DNA of 20,656 bases from Vicugna vicugna (taxonomy: Eukaryota). This document shows, one piece after another, positions 1 through 10,050 of this stretch; position 1 is the stretch's first letter, and every line of letters starts with the position of its first letter. Made by a program: the position numbers and the translations under genes. Location of the stretch: positions 4,364,783 through 4,385,438 of the forward strand of contig MU058423.1 in assembly GCA_013265495.1 (NCBI GenBank), in the 5' to 3' direction. The notes below the pieces were generated by a model. It was not told the origin of the DNA, searched no databases, and saw nothing but the letters and a program-made list of their open reading frames with translations.

Positions 1-407
1 TCCAAAAAGCTTGTAGAAGCATTTACATATATTTTTACACAGAAACTTTCACTGAAGACAGGCAAGTTTTCTTTGTTTGTTTTTTTAATTTTTCATTCCT
101 TTTTCCTTTGTCCTGTGAACAGGTGCCTCTCACCTGCCTTTGACCTATCAGATGGGTGTAAATATCTCGTGATATCCTATGGCTGTGATATCTGCTGATC
201 CCAGAACTGACACTGAGTGCCCCTTTCCGAAGTCAAGCTCTTACCCAGAATCTTTGACCAGTAAAGGGAAATGGCTAAGTTTTCCAATTTCACCCCATTG
301 ATATCTTATGTTCTGATTAAATGGTAAATTAGTGTTTTCCTTGGGACAATCTTCTTTTATTAGAGATACCCTCTGGGTCTATGGACTGAGTGGCAGTAGC
401 AGTAGAA

Positions 408-628
408 GCAGTAATCAACATTTATTAAACATTTACTGTATGCTAGGTACTATACTAATTGATAAATATGCATTGTGCATTTACTGCCCACTGTAACCTT
501 ATGAAGAAAGTGACGATCACACAACAGGCGAGAAACTAAGCCTCGGAGTCTCAGAGCTAACAGTTTGCAGAGTTGGGTCTCCAACTGGATTCTTCCCGAC
601 ATAAACATCTATATTTTTAAGCACATTA
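408..628 (-). mobile_element. MIR SINE, degenerate
   Basis: Colinear with the reverse complement of the MIR consensus: 'aacatttattaaacatttactgtatgctaggtact...aaccttatgaag...gagaaactaagcctc...agagctaacagtttgcagagttggg'. Edges approximate. Confidence 0.8.
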
Positions 629-1549
629 GGTTCGGCCTCAGTTATAAAATGTGAACCAGGATGTTATTTAATTTCTCATTATTCCTGCATAATTAAATGA
701 ACATACTGCAATCCTGCAGCTTCTGTTAAATACCATGCAATACCTCAGAAGAAAAAGCAGACAGTAATCCAGCAGGGAGCACTTAAAACTGCAGCATTCT
801 AGGCAGGGAAACAGAATCAAATCCCATTTAGCAAAGTCTTCTGGGACCAACAAATGTCTGACCATAGAAACTACCCAAACACTGCTTCTCAGGGGACCAC
901 CCTCTTGATGAGGTACCTGTGTCATAAGGGTGTAGAGAGGGTGAGACAGTCTGACAGCCGGGAAACTGAGACTCATTACTTTGGAGATGACGGTCAATCA
1001 CCAGAATTAGACAACAGTGACCAATGAATGCATGTGGGTGTCCAGAGAAGCAACAATTTTCTTGAAAATATGTTTCTTAAATCTTAAATCTCCGTGCCAA
1101 TGGAGTCCTTTTAAGGACTGATGGCAGTCCTTTTAAGGGACAGCAACCCCCAGAAAGTAAGCCTCAGTTTAGGGGTTTATATCCTCAAACTCAGACTGAT
1201 TAGATCGTCAGGTTAGGTTAGGAGCTGTGTCTGACTGTAACACCTTAGCAACTGCATACACATGAGCTTTTCCTTGCATGATGCCAATACATCTTCAGGG
1301 ATCCATGCATCCTCTCTTGTGTGTCATCCCTTGTGATCCTAGGCACCTTTCTATAAAACAGGTGGCCAACATTAGAGTAAATTATTTAGCCTATAGGAAT
1401 GGGAAGAAGTTAACTCGCTTATTAGGGATCAAATCCATAACTTTGTTCTCTAATAAAAGCATCTCAATACAACTGGGAGAAATTGTTCAAAATTCTCATG
1501 TAAATAATACCTGTATTCTATAAACTCTCACTGCTATTTTCAACAGTTC

Positions 1550-1794
1550 TATCCCCATTCTTTCATAAGATGACTTCTTTCTCCTATCCAAGGGCTTATG
1601 CCTTAATCTGACATAATCCCAAACTGATTCTTCCAGGATTTTATCCCTACTTCACTCTGTTTCTATCTTACCTAACAAGCCAGCAAAAATATTCTCTGAT
1701 CTTAAAAAATTAAAAACAAAGCCTTTTTTTGGTCCTATTACCCCCAGAGATACCAATTTCTCAGTCCATTCACATCTTTCAAGAACAATGTTTA
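1550..1794 (+). mobile_element. L2 LINE ORF2-region fragment (piece 1 of a fragmented L2)
   Basis: 'ttctttctcctatccaaggg...tctctgatcttaaaaaa...tttcaagaacaatgttta' resembles L2 consensus 'ctcctcctgtccaaggc...tctcccatcttaaaaaa...cttgaaagagttgtcta'. Highly diverged. Confidence 0.55.
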
Positions 1795-2048
1795 TTATTT
1801 CATTTGTGTTATGAAACCAGCTTCAATTATTGAAAAATCAGCAAATACAGTTAAGCCAAAGGATGAAATTATCACCCTCATGCAACTACATCGATATAAC
1901 CTATGTATTATTTTAGGATACAGCCTTCTACCTTTTATTGTAAGCATATGAATGCTTTTAAACAAAAAGTAATCATTCTGATTTACACTGTATCTTACTT
2001 AAAAACACGTAACTAATGTTTTTCCATGCCATTAAACATTCTTATATT
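1795..2048 (-). mobile_element. Old L1 (L1ME-type) 3' end
   Basis: 'gaaaaatcagcaaatacagttaagccaaagga...atcaccc...gatataacc...attttaggatacagccttcta...tttccatgccattaaacattct' resembles an antisense L1ME 3' UTR. Confidence 0.7.
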
Positions 2049-2255
2049 CTTGAACCATTAAAGGACACGATTGCCCTCCTCCCAATCCCCTCACTCTCTA
2101 GTCTCTTGTCCACATAAACAGGTCCTCATCTTGTTAAATTCAGCATCCTTTTCTCACTTACCTCCTTTTTTGACCAATTTGCAATACAACACAGGATATG
2201 ACACTACGATCATACTTTCTTCCAGAAACTCTACAACCTCAGTTTACGTGACCTT

Positions 2256-2258
<3 letters not shown>
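2049..2258 (+). mobile_element. L2 LINE reverse-transcriptase-region fragment (piece 2)
   Basis: 'cttgttaaattcagc...ttttttgaccaatttgcaat...atatgacactacgatcatactttcttccagaaactct' follows the L2 segment that encodes the LLDLSAAFDTVDH motif. Confidence 0.6.

Positions 2259-2289
<31 letters not shown>
2259..2289. repeat. (AC)15 microsatellite
   Basis: Perfect AC run read directly. Confidence 0.98.
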
Positions 2290-2292
<3 letters not shown>

Positions 2293-2387
2293 CACCGCCA
2301 CCACCATTTCCAACCAACCGACAGCCTACTGATGAACCACCTGCATCACAAGCTGCTTTCCTAGCAGCTTCTCTCCTACTCTCTATC

Positions 2388-2470
2388 ATACCAAAGGTAG
2401 GCATTTTTCCCATTTAATAAGGGCAGAAACCGAAACTCAGAATAAATGACTTGTCCAAAGTCACAGTGGA
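2388..2470 (-). mobile_element. MIR core fragment
   Basis: 'aggtaggcatttttcccatttaataagggcagaaaccgaaactcagaataaatgacttgtccaaagtcacag' matches the antisense MIR core. Confidence 0.75.
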
Positions 2471-2489
2471 GGCATTTAAGCTATGTTTT

Positions 2490-2623
2490 CAAAATGCATA
2501 CTCTTTGGCTCCCCTCCAGACCTACCCTACTGATCAGAATCTGTAGCGATAAGACCCAGGAGTCTGCCTTTTAACATCACATGCAGGTTTATTCCAAGGT
2601 ACACTAATGTCACAGAAGCACTG
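2490..2623. mobile_element. MER5A-like hAT-Charlie DNA transposon fragment
   Basis: 'aaaatgcata...ccctccagacctac...tactgatcagaatct...cccaggagtctgccttttaaca...acactaatg...agaagcactg' matches one half of MER5A. Confidence 0.8.
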
Positions 2624-2624
2624 G

Positions 2625-2950
2625 CTCAAGAGTCCCTTTCTCTTAAAATGAAATTCAAGCCCACCTCACACCTTTGATTTCTTTCTGAGCTCCAGGACGA
2701 AACTTCTAGCTTTCTATTAGACACATAACTCGGTGCCTCCAGATGAATTCTGATGGTCCTCTTATCCAACCCACCACTTCTGCTCCTATTTCAAAAAGCA
2801 CCACGGGTCTTCCCATTCCCCAGGCTCAGGCCCTGGATGGAATCTGCCTACCCCTTCACCCCAATCCTCTAAATTAAATGACTGAGTTCTGCTGGCTTTT
2901 ATCACTGCAACATTCTTCACAACTACATCTTCTCCATTTCCGCAGGCATT
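2625..2950 (+). mobile_element. L2 LINE fragment (piece 3)
   Basis: 'ctttctgagctccagga...ctattagaca...gcaccacgggtcttcccattccccaggctc...gagttctgctggctttta...cttctccatttcc' is colinear with the L2 consensus downstream of piece 2. Confidence 0.65.
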
Positions 2951-2953
2951 GTT

Positions 2954-3025
2954 TCAATCATCTGGCAATATCTGGCGCACTTAATATGTGCTTGGTAGTG
3001 TACGGTTGTGGGGGATTCTAGAGGT
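2954..3025 (-). mobile_element. L2 3' tail, antisense; may resume at about 3288-3350 after the MIR
   Basis: 'tcaatcatctggcaatatctggcgcacttaatatgtgcttggtagtgtacggttgtgggggattctagagg' resembles 'tcattcaacaaatatttattgagcacctactatgtgccaggcactgtgctaggcgctggggatacagagg'. Confidence 0.5.
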
Positions 3026-3034
3026 ATTGCTGTG

Positions 3035-3287
3035 ACTAACAGCAAAGGTTTAACAAATGTTCACGCGTTTCCATTGTATGCCAGGCCCTATGCTAAGGAC
3101 TTTACCTATGCTAAGCCATTTCATTTCCACATCAATGTTAGAAATTAGTCTTTGTTCTCATCCCCATTATACAGCTGAGAGCTGGGTGAATTCATCCAGA
3201 GTCACGCAAGTTCTAAACGGCAGATCCAGGAGACAGAAGCAGGTTTTTATATGTCTCTCAATCCCACTTTTAACCAGTAGCTTATAG
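3035..3287 (-). mobile_element. MIR SINE, near full length
   Basis: 'tgtatgccaggccctatgctaaggactttac...ctcatccccattatacagctgaga...ccagagtcacgcaag...ggcagatccagga...ttttaaccagta'. Confidence 0.85.
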
Positions 3288-3509
3288 AGTCTTCACCTGC
3301 CACAGCTTTCATTCTGGCGGGATTAGGAGGCAGGTACAGAGAAAAAGACCCCTGAAATGAAGAGAAGGAAGTATCTAGCATGTTGGAAGTACGAGCTGTC
3401 ATGCAAGGCCCCAGGAGGGCTACCATCCATACTCGGCGGGTGACCTGATGAACAGTTCGCACAGGTCCAAGTGCACATGGGTTCAGGCATGTGCCAGGGG
3501 CCAGCCACA

Positions 3510-3977
3510 GGCCCTCCACTATGCTCAGTGAAGATACAAGCTTTGCACCTGGCCTTCCACCTCCAGTTCTCATGCACCTTATGCTCTGACCAAATGAATG
3601 GCACTCTGTAGGCAGCACTGCTCTTTCTTTGCTTCAAATGTTCCCTCTACCTGAAAAGCCCTTCCTTTGCATTTTGGTAGGTGAAGACAGTAGGCATGCC
3701 TCAATGCCTGGCTCAGATGTCACCTTTGCCTCCTAGCCACCCGGATCTTTCCACTGTGGTCTACCTCCGCCAGAATCGTCCACTGTTGAACCTGTGTCTG
3801 TGTTAGGGCGTGCATTAGTTTTGCCTTAGAGGTGTTTGTTCACTTGTTTGATTTTAAACATTTTCTCTTGCCTATAGAGCTGCCCCAGGGTAATCGTTTA
3901 TGTATCACAACCCTGCACAGCCTTACCACAAAAGCTAATACATATTGGTCTCTTCACATTAGGTTGAACTGAATGAA
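3510..3977 (+). mobile_element. L2 LINE 3' region and tail (piece 4)
   Basis: 'tgttccctctacctgaaaagcccttcct...ggctcagatgtcaccttt...' ends in the L2-type terminus 'gttgaactgaatgaa'. Confidence 0.7.
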
Positions 3978-4053
3978 ATTGCCTTTTTCATAGGTCAAAA
4001 ATGGTGAATACTGGCAATTCATGTGTTTCAACCTAAACACGGGTCAAGTACCC

Positions 4054-4210
4054 AGCTAAGCAATTTACACGTGATACCTCAATTAATCTTCACAATAGCC
4101 CTTTGAAGCAGGTGCTGAAATCATCTCCATTTTATAGACACAGTAACCAAGGTTTGGAGGAGTTAAGTGATTTGCTCAAGGTTACTCTGATAATAAGTGG
4201 ACGAGTTTAA
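4054..4210 (-). mobile_element. MIR SINE
   Basis: 'gctaagcaatttacacgtgatacctcaattaatcttcacaatagccctttgaagcagg...tctccattttataga...gttaagtgatttgctcaaggttac'. Confidence 0.88.
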
Positions 4211-4224
4211 GTTAAAAACTGATT

Positions 4225-4362
4225 GGATGGAAACAGATCAAAATGGTAACATAAATTGCCTCAGTGGTGGGATCAAGGGAAACAGATGTCATTTTAACTC
4301 ATTTTCTGCATTTTTCTCTTTTCCATAACAGGAAGATAGCACCTGATTGTGAATAAGAATGC
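4225..4362 (+). mobile_element. Old L1 (L1ME-type) extreme 3' end
   Basis: 'ggaaacagatcaaaatggtaaca...cctcagtggtgggatcaaggg...ttttctgcattttt' resembles L1ME 'ggaaatacaccaaaatgttaacagtggttatctctgggtggtgggattatggg'. Confidence 0.55.
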
Positions 4363-4392
4363 TACTTTTAAAACTAACAAATGCATAGTTAC

Positions 4393-4615
4393 AATAATAA
4401 ACAGTATTTATTAAGCACACACCTTGTGCCAAGGATTGTTCTAATCCTTTAAATCTTTCACTGTTTACAACAATTTTATGAGATACAGTCTGATAAATGA
4501 GGAATCAGGCTAAGGAGGTGAGGATTTCCCAAGGTCGCACTGCTAAGTGGTGGAGTGAGGGCTTGGGCAAGCAGTCTGACTGCAAAGACCATTCTCTTCA
4601 CCTTTAAACCATGCA
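4393..4615 (-). mobile_element. MIR SINE
   Basis: 'tatttattaagcac...tgtgccaagga...ataaatgaggaatcaggct...ttcccaaggtcgcactgctaagtggtggag...gcagtctgactgcaaagacc'. Confidence 0.85.
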
Positions 4616-5659
4616 TAGGCACAGAAGCTGACACCATAGATAAAGGATATATTTTAAATGGCAAGAAACGCAAACGTGTTAATCTAAATCAAGGTTTAAA
4701 ATGCATGCAAAAATTTGAATGAATTTGGTACCTTAATTCCCCATTGCATAAAATCACAGGCTGGCTCTTTAAAAAATGTTCCACCTTTAAAGGCAGAATT
4801 GCTTGTTTACTAGTTTCTCCAAAAAAAAAAAATCATGATTAGGAAAAGCACAAAGGCACAGAGTCTTTGTGATGGTTGAGAATCCCGAGTACAAAAGTTA
4901 CTTCTGATTCTGCCACAGGAATTCTTCAGCTAGACCTAATTAGGTCCAAAATGTCACTGAGGAACTAGTCATAGCTAATTTAATAACTGGCCTGGGAGGA
5001 TAAAGCAGGCGAGGGGAGGAAGCAGGGAAGACAGGGAAGGCTGAGTAGGTACCAAGAGGAGAATCTGTTTTGGGAAAAGCAGTTTCCAAGCAGGGCTTTG
5101 GGAGCTGCCTTCCAAGCGTGCATCCCTTGGTCTGCATGCTCTCTGAGATGGGGAGCACAGATGGAGAAGGCATGGCGGGGGCTTTAGTGCTGACGGTTAG
5201 CCGAGTCTTAATAATATGTCCTTTAACATGATTTCTTGTGGCAGTCTCTTTGGACAAGCTGTTGTGCTTTTCATAGGTTCCAGATGTTAGAGCCATGATG
5301 CAAAAAATTGAAACAAGTGTAATGGGCTTGATTGTGCAAAATCAGATCGATTCAAATTAGTTTATGAGCCTACTAGACATTAACAGTCAATGAGTTTACA
5401 AGAGATTAAAACTGAGAGCAGCACTAACTATGGTATTTCATGACAGAATAAGGAGTTTAACAGCTAAAATGAAAATATTTCATTTCACTTTTATCTAACA
5501 GTAATTTTCAAATCATCCCAGAATATGTTTGGCTGTGAAGCTTGGCACTTACCACTGCATCTTTTAAAAGCAGAATTCCAAGGTAAGAGAGAGCATTGCC
5601 TTGGAGCATTCCCAGTGGGCATTGCCTCTCAATGGTCACCTCCGTCACCCACATAACTT

Positions 5660-5735
5660 GCTTAGAGTAAGTAAATACACCTAAGAGATTGAGCATATAA
5701 TGGGCATATAGTAGGTGCTCAATATGTGATGTTTT
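5660..5735 (+). mobile_element. MIR 3' end fragment
   Basis: 'gagcatataatgggcatatagtaggtgctcaatatgtg' is the 3' terminus shared by MIR and L2. Confidence 0.6.
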
Positions 5736-6037
5736 CTTTCCCCTTTCCTTTACACCACAAAAGCAAGAAGCCCTTTCTGGCTTACTGTAGGAACAAGTGG
5801 ACACAGATAAGTGTATATTAGGTTAAATGGAGTCATACACAGCTAGTTTTCTTCTGTGAATTCTGGAGAAAGTAGGCAGCGTCCAGAAGTTCCAATGAAT
5901 AATGTACTATTCAAAGCTCAGTAGTATCAAGATTCTTTTACAAAAACAAGGTGTACCTATGGACTTTTCATACGTTCAGTGACAAATTAACAAGGAGAAA
6001 AATGGCTTGACATTACTGTTCATACAACAAAATTAAA

Positions 6038-6250
6038 TAAGCACAGGTTTTGGAGACAAAAGGATCTGGTTTTGAATCCAAGTTTCAACATTTACCAGCT
6101 ACGTGATCGTAAGGAAGCCCCCTGTCTCTCAGGGAGTCATTGTGAAACAGACAGTCCTTTCCTTGCAGTGCTGTTACGAGAACTCAAGATGAGATGTTGA
6201 AAGCACTAGTGCAGTCCTCTGGCAAACAGCGCCCGTCAAGTATACAACGT
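6038..6250 (+). mobile_element. MIR SINE
   Basis: 'gcacaggttttggagac...tctggttttgaatccaagtttcaacatttaccagctacgtgatc...tgaaagcactagtgcagt...tggcaaacag'. Confidence 0.8.
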
Positions 6251-7499
6251 TATAATGGATATTCAAGTGACTCGTTACTATTAAGCTTGTAACTGATAAA
6301 ATGGTAATACCGATCTGAAGATTCGTGACAAGGTCACGTGGGTTAGACTACTGCAGTAGAGAGCAAATGGGAGTATTTGCTCTGAAGGTCTGACCAAATC
6401 CTCAGCCTCCTGGTTCTCATATAACGCTTTCCTCCAAGAAAGCAATAACATCTCATGCTGATTTTCTCCTCAGAGATTTATGAGTATTAAATATATTTTA
6501 ATATATCTATAAAGAGATTTAAGCTCTTTTCGGAAATAAAGCTGAGGGAGCCATTGATCAGAATTTGACGCAGGTATAATTTCACGGCTGGGCTGCATTT
6601 TTTCCAAATACATTTCTCCCCATAAACTGGTGGGAAATTCAGTATTTCATTTTCTGAATATTGCCCAAATGAATTGTGGAAGTCCAGCAGAAGTGCCTGA
6701 TTGTAGTTTCATTAGACTCCTTTTCCTTTAGGCCATACAGGTGCGATGAAAGAAGAAAGAAAATTAATTAAATTTATGGGCATGTTTATACCCTCCAGGT
6801 GTCATAAAATGTACTGGCGCAGACATTTTTCAAGTAATTAAGCAGACATCTCTGTGTTTCCTAATGAGTTGCTGCCCTTCCCTTCCTAATCTGGTGAGCG
6901 ATCTCATCACCTGCCTTCTGTCAGCTGACGGGCTTACTCCCTGGATGAGCTCAGCCTTCCATCCTCATGCTGCAGTGTGCTAACGGGACTGCATGGATAC
7001 AAACACGGGATCCTCCTGTCTGCAGACATCTCCCCAAGGGTCAAGCAGTACTTGCAGTGGGCGTGGCGGTTTAAGAATATTAAAGTGACCTTGTTTGTCT
7101 CTTACATGTATTATTGAAGTTGCTGGTTTAGATTATTAAAGCGACATTACAACTGAGACATGCTCAAATATTCAAATACTGATGTACATTTACATATACA
7201 TGCTCAAATATAGATTATATTTTATAGTACATATATATTACATTTAATATAAATGAAAAGAGAACAACTAATTCGGTCTGGGGCTTAAATAAGACAAAAT
7301 TTGAACTACCTCTTAAGGATGCATTAACAAAATTTTGAGAGAGAAAGTAGAGCTGAGACAGAATTCCAGCAGAGGTAAAGGCCACATATACGACGCTTCA
7401 ATTCAGCCAGCATGGCTGCAGACACCAAAGACCCTTAAAGAGCACCGGGCTTAGTTGAGAAAGCAAACAAACATACATCAACTAATTAGGGTTCTAAAT

Positions 7500-7892
7500 A
7501 ATAGACAATACATATAGTTGACTGTGTTACACAGTAAGAGCTGAACAAGTGGATATTCAGAGGAGACACACAAGGACTATGGTATACGTGAGGACGGGGA
7601 AGGTAGTCACCTCGAAGAAAGAAGAAAGGGAGGCTAAGCTGAGCTAAGTCGGAGGGTGGATAGAGAAATGGGAGAGGGGATTCCAGAAGAGGAAGTGTTA
7701 TGAACTCAGCATTTACAGGAGCACCGATGGCACGGCTCTCCCCAGAGCCAAGGTGGCACTGGAAGCAGCAGTCAGCAAGATCAGGGAGGCACAGAGGGCC
7801 CAGATTACAATGGAAGGCTTAAAAGCCAGGAAGAGAGGTTGAATTCGAAACTTCTGTGTGGACTTCTTGGCAGTGACATATAATCAATTCTT
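7500..7892 (-). mobile_element. L2 LINE fragment, antisense
   Basis: Purine-rich 'taagctgagc...ggagaggggattccagaagaggaag...ggcccagattacaatggaaggcttaaaagccagg...gcagtgacatataatcaatt' is typical of antisense L2. Confidence 0.6.
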
Positions 7893-8054
7893 AAAAAAAA
7901 AAAAGAATCACTTGAAGAAATCTTAAAGATCAACTAATCTAAACCTATCCTCCCTGCACAACCTTTTCACACAAGAAGAAATATATAGAAAATAGTATTT
8001 TATTAAGATTCATCTGGCAATGACACAAGGATAGCCCGAGTCCCAGGCGCTCCA

Positions 8055-8360
8055 GTGGACACTTCATCTTCCCCCGAACCTCTCTGCCTCCCGGCTCCCC
8101 CTCTCGACACAGCGGTGCCTTCATCCATGGCTGGACCTGAGGCTCCCTCTCCCTCACCCACCCTCATCTGCTCAGTAACCCCATCCTGGCAGTTTTATCT
8201 CTTTATTCTCTCTTAAAGCCATTCCTTTCCTCTGTCCCCAGGACTACTGCCTTAGCTCAGGTCTTTGTCATTTCTGACTCGGGTACCACGGGAGTTATCT
8301 GTTCTCCTTGCCTTCAGTTTAGTTCTACTCTACATCATCCTCCAAATGACCTCCAGTGAC
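8055..8360 (+). mobile_element. L2 LINE fragment (5' piece of an L2 spanning about 8055-9525)
   Basis: 'cttcatcttcccccgaacct...ctccctctccctcaccca...ctactgccttagctcaggtctttgtcatttct...catcctccaaatgacctccagtga'. Confidence 0.8.
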
Positions 8361-8427
8361 ACAAGATTAGGGTGCCTAGGCCATATTTCATATATACCTA
8401 TATCCATATAGCAGAGATACATGCATA

Positions 8428-8610
8428 TATAATAAAATTACATATATTTAAGACGTACAGACCAGTGATTTGATATACACATACACAGTGACGTGACTAC
8501 TAAGGTCAAGCTAATTAACACACCATCTCACAGAGTCGCCAATTTTTGTGATGAGGACACCTGAAATCTACTCTTAGAGCGTTTCTAGTGTTCAAGTGTA
8601 GTCATCAAAC
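8428..8610 (-). mobile_element. L1MA-type (L1MA8/9-like) 3' end inserted in the L2
   Basis: 'aaattacatatatttaagacgtaca...gatttgatatacacatacacagtga...tcaagctaattaacacaccatctcaca...tttttgtgatgaggacacctgaaatctactctt' matches the antisense L1MA 3' terminus. Confidence 0.85.
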
Positions 8611-8841
8611 CATCTTTCTAAAATGTATTATTTTATTACAGTCTTCAGCATAACACCCCAAACCCCTCCACCTGATCTCACCCCCAAATTCTTCCACATC
8701 CTCTTCCCAGTTTCCCCTCCCCTCTCCCTCTCTGGGCACATTTACATCTTGTTGCAGCTTTTGCTCAGTGTTTCCCCTTCTGTAATGCTCTCCTCCTCCT
8801 CCTTCAACACTCTGCTCTGGTATCATCTTCTTTAGGAAGCA
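8611..8841 (+). mobile_element. L2 continuation (middle piece)
   Basis: Resumes with 'atctttctaaaatg', which in L2 directly follows 'ccagagtg'. Continues through 'cttttgctcagtgtttccccttctgtaatgctctcc...tatcatcttctttaggaagc'. Confidence 0.7.
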
Positions 8842-9330
8842 TTTAAATCACATGTCTTTCAGTTGCAATTGACTAAAATCATGACCCATCCAACTTAAAC
8901 AAAACCTGAACCAACTTGAACAAAAGAGGGATGTATTGACAAAGAGGACCGCTGTGGAGCTCAGGCACAGCCTAGTCCAATGACACACCTGCTGTCAGGC
9001 CTCCCTGGACTTTGCTCTCCTACCCTTCCCCTAATAGAACGGCTTCATTTGTTCCTCCTACATCTGTAGGCTCTCTCCTTATGGGGGCAACATGGCTGCA
9101 GGCAACTGCCTCTGGACAAAAGAGAGAATTCTTAAGAAAATTCCAGAAAAACGCTTTCATTGTCCCATTGTCCCATTGTAAGTGATCTGTCTATTCCTGG
9201 ACCTATTATTGTGAAAAGCAAAATGGAGTGTACTAGCTGGCTCAGCCAAGGTCATCTGTCAGAGGCTGTTACTAGGACAAGGTGGGGACTGAATGAGTGC
9301 TGAGCAGAGAGAAACAGCAGCCAGTGCAAA
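8842..9330 (-). mobile_element. MLT1 (MLT1J/K-like) MaLR solo LTR
   Basis: 'tctttcagttgcaa...aacttgaacaaaagagggatgtattg...gctcaggcacagc...ggcttcatt...ggcaacatggctgcaggcaact...gctgttactagg...tgctgagcag' follows the antisense MLT1J/K layout. Confidence 0.8.
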
Positions 9331-9339
9331 AAGACTCGT

Positions 9340-9525
9340 CTTACCTGTCCATGCTGCGTCACCCCCATACACGTTCCTTCCACACCTTTCACATACTGCT
9401 ATCTAAGTCACCATCATACCATAATGTGCTTCCTTTTCTGCCTCCCTCAAGAATACACTCAGAGGCAGACCCACCAGGACGACAGTGCTTGGCATACAGT
9501 AGTCTCTTGAAAAACATTCACTGGA
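9340..9525 (+). mobile_element. L2 3' end (final piece)
   Basis: 'ctgcctccctcaagaatacactcagaggcagac...acagtgcttggcatacagtagtctcttgaaaaacattcactgga' is an L2 terminus. Confidence 0.7.
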
Positions 9526-9779
9526 CCAAAGATGTCTAGATTTGTGACTGACCACAAGAGAATGGGTTAGCTGCCACACAGTGATAATCAAAGCGACAGG
9601 GAAAGGTTTCTAACAGGGGCAGGCCAGAGCAGAGGAGCAAGGACCCAGGGTCAATGCCATGAGGGTGTCTGCAGTTAGACAGAGTGAGGAAAAAGGGAAT
9701 GCAACAAAGAAAAAAAAAAAGCAAGCATAAGATTTTAAATAGTAACAAAAAGGCTGAACTCTCAGAAATCAAGAAAAGA

Positions 9780-10050
9780 ACTTAATGATCACAAAATGTA
9801 AAGTCTGAGCTTTATGTGTTTGGGTCCTGGATGACTGGGAATGCTATTTCCCCTAAATGATTACATTCACTGGCTACAAAAGGAATCTCACAAATCCAAG
9901 CCGTGGTATGTGAGCCAGGGAATGGGGAAGGTGTGGTGTGAAGTTCCCGGGAGAGCCCGCCGACACTGTGGGCATCGCTGAGAGCAGGCACATCTGTCAG
10001 ACGAACTGGAGGGAAAGCCCCTACAGAAGACACCCACCTGAGAGACTAAA
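9780..10050 (-). mobile_element. Probable antisense L2 fragment
   Basis: 'cctggatgactgggaatgcta...gagccagggaatgggga...ggaaagcccctacagaagacacccacct' weakly resembles antisense L2. Confidence 0.35.

Noticed and set aside
90..200. Plus-strand acceptor 'ttttcctttgtcctgtgaacag' ending at 122 as a coding exon start
   Set aside because: All three frames hit stop codons within about 80 nt and there is no strong donor site. A non-coding exon cannot be excluded but is unsupported.
5260..5360. Acceptor-like 'gcttttcatag' followed by VPDVRAMMQKIETSVMGLIVQNQIDSN*
   Set aside because: The pyrimidine tract is weak, the peptide is unrecognised and there are no supporting neighbouring exons.
6348..6383. 12-bp palindrome CTACTGCAGTAG next to a 9-bp hairpin AGAGCAAAT/ATTTGCTCT
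   Set aside because: Short, possibly within a decayed MIR-like segment, and compatible with chance. No known RNA motif recognised.
8890..8925. 15-bp near-tandem duplication, plus CATTGTCC repeats near 9158-9179, inside MLT1
   Set aside because: Ordinary slippage-type micro-duplications in a neutral repeat.
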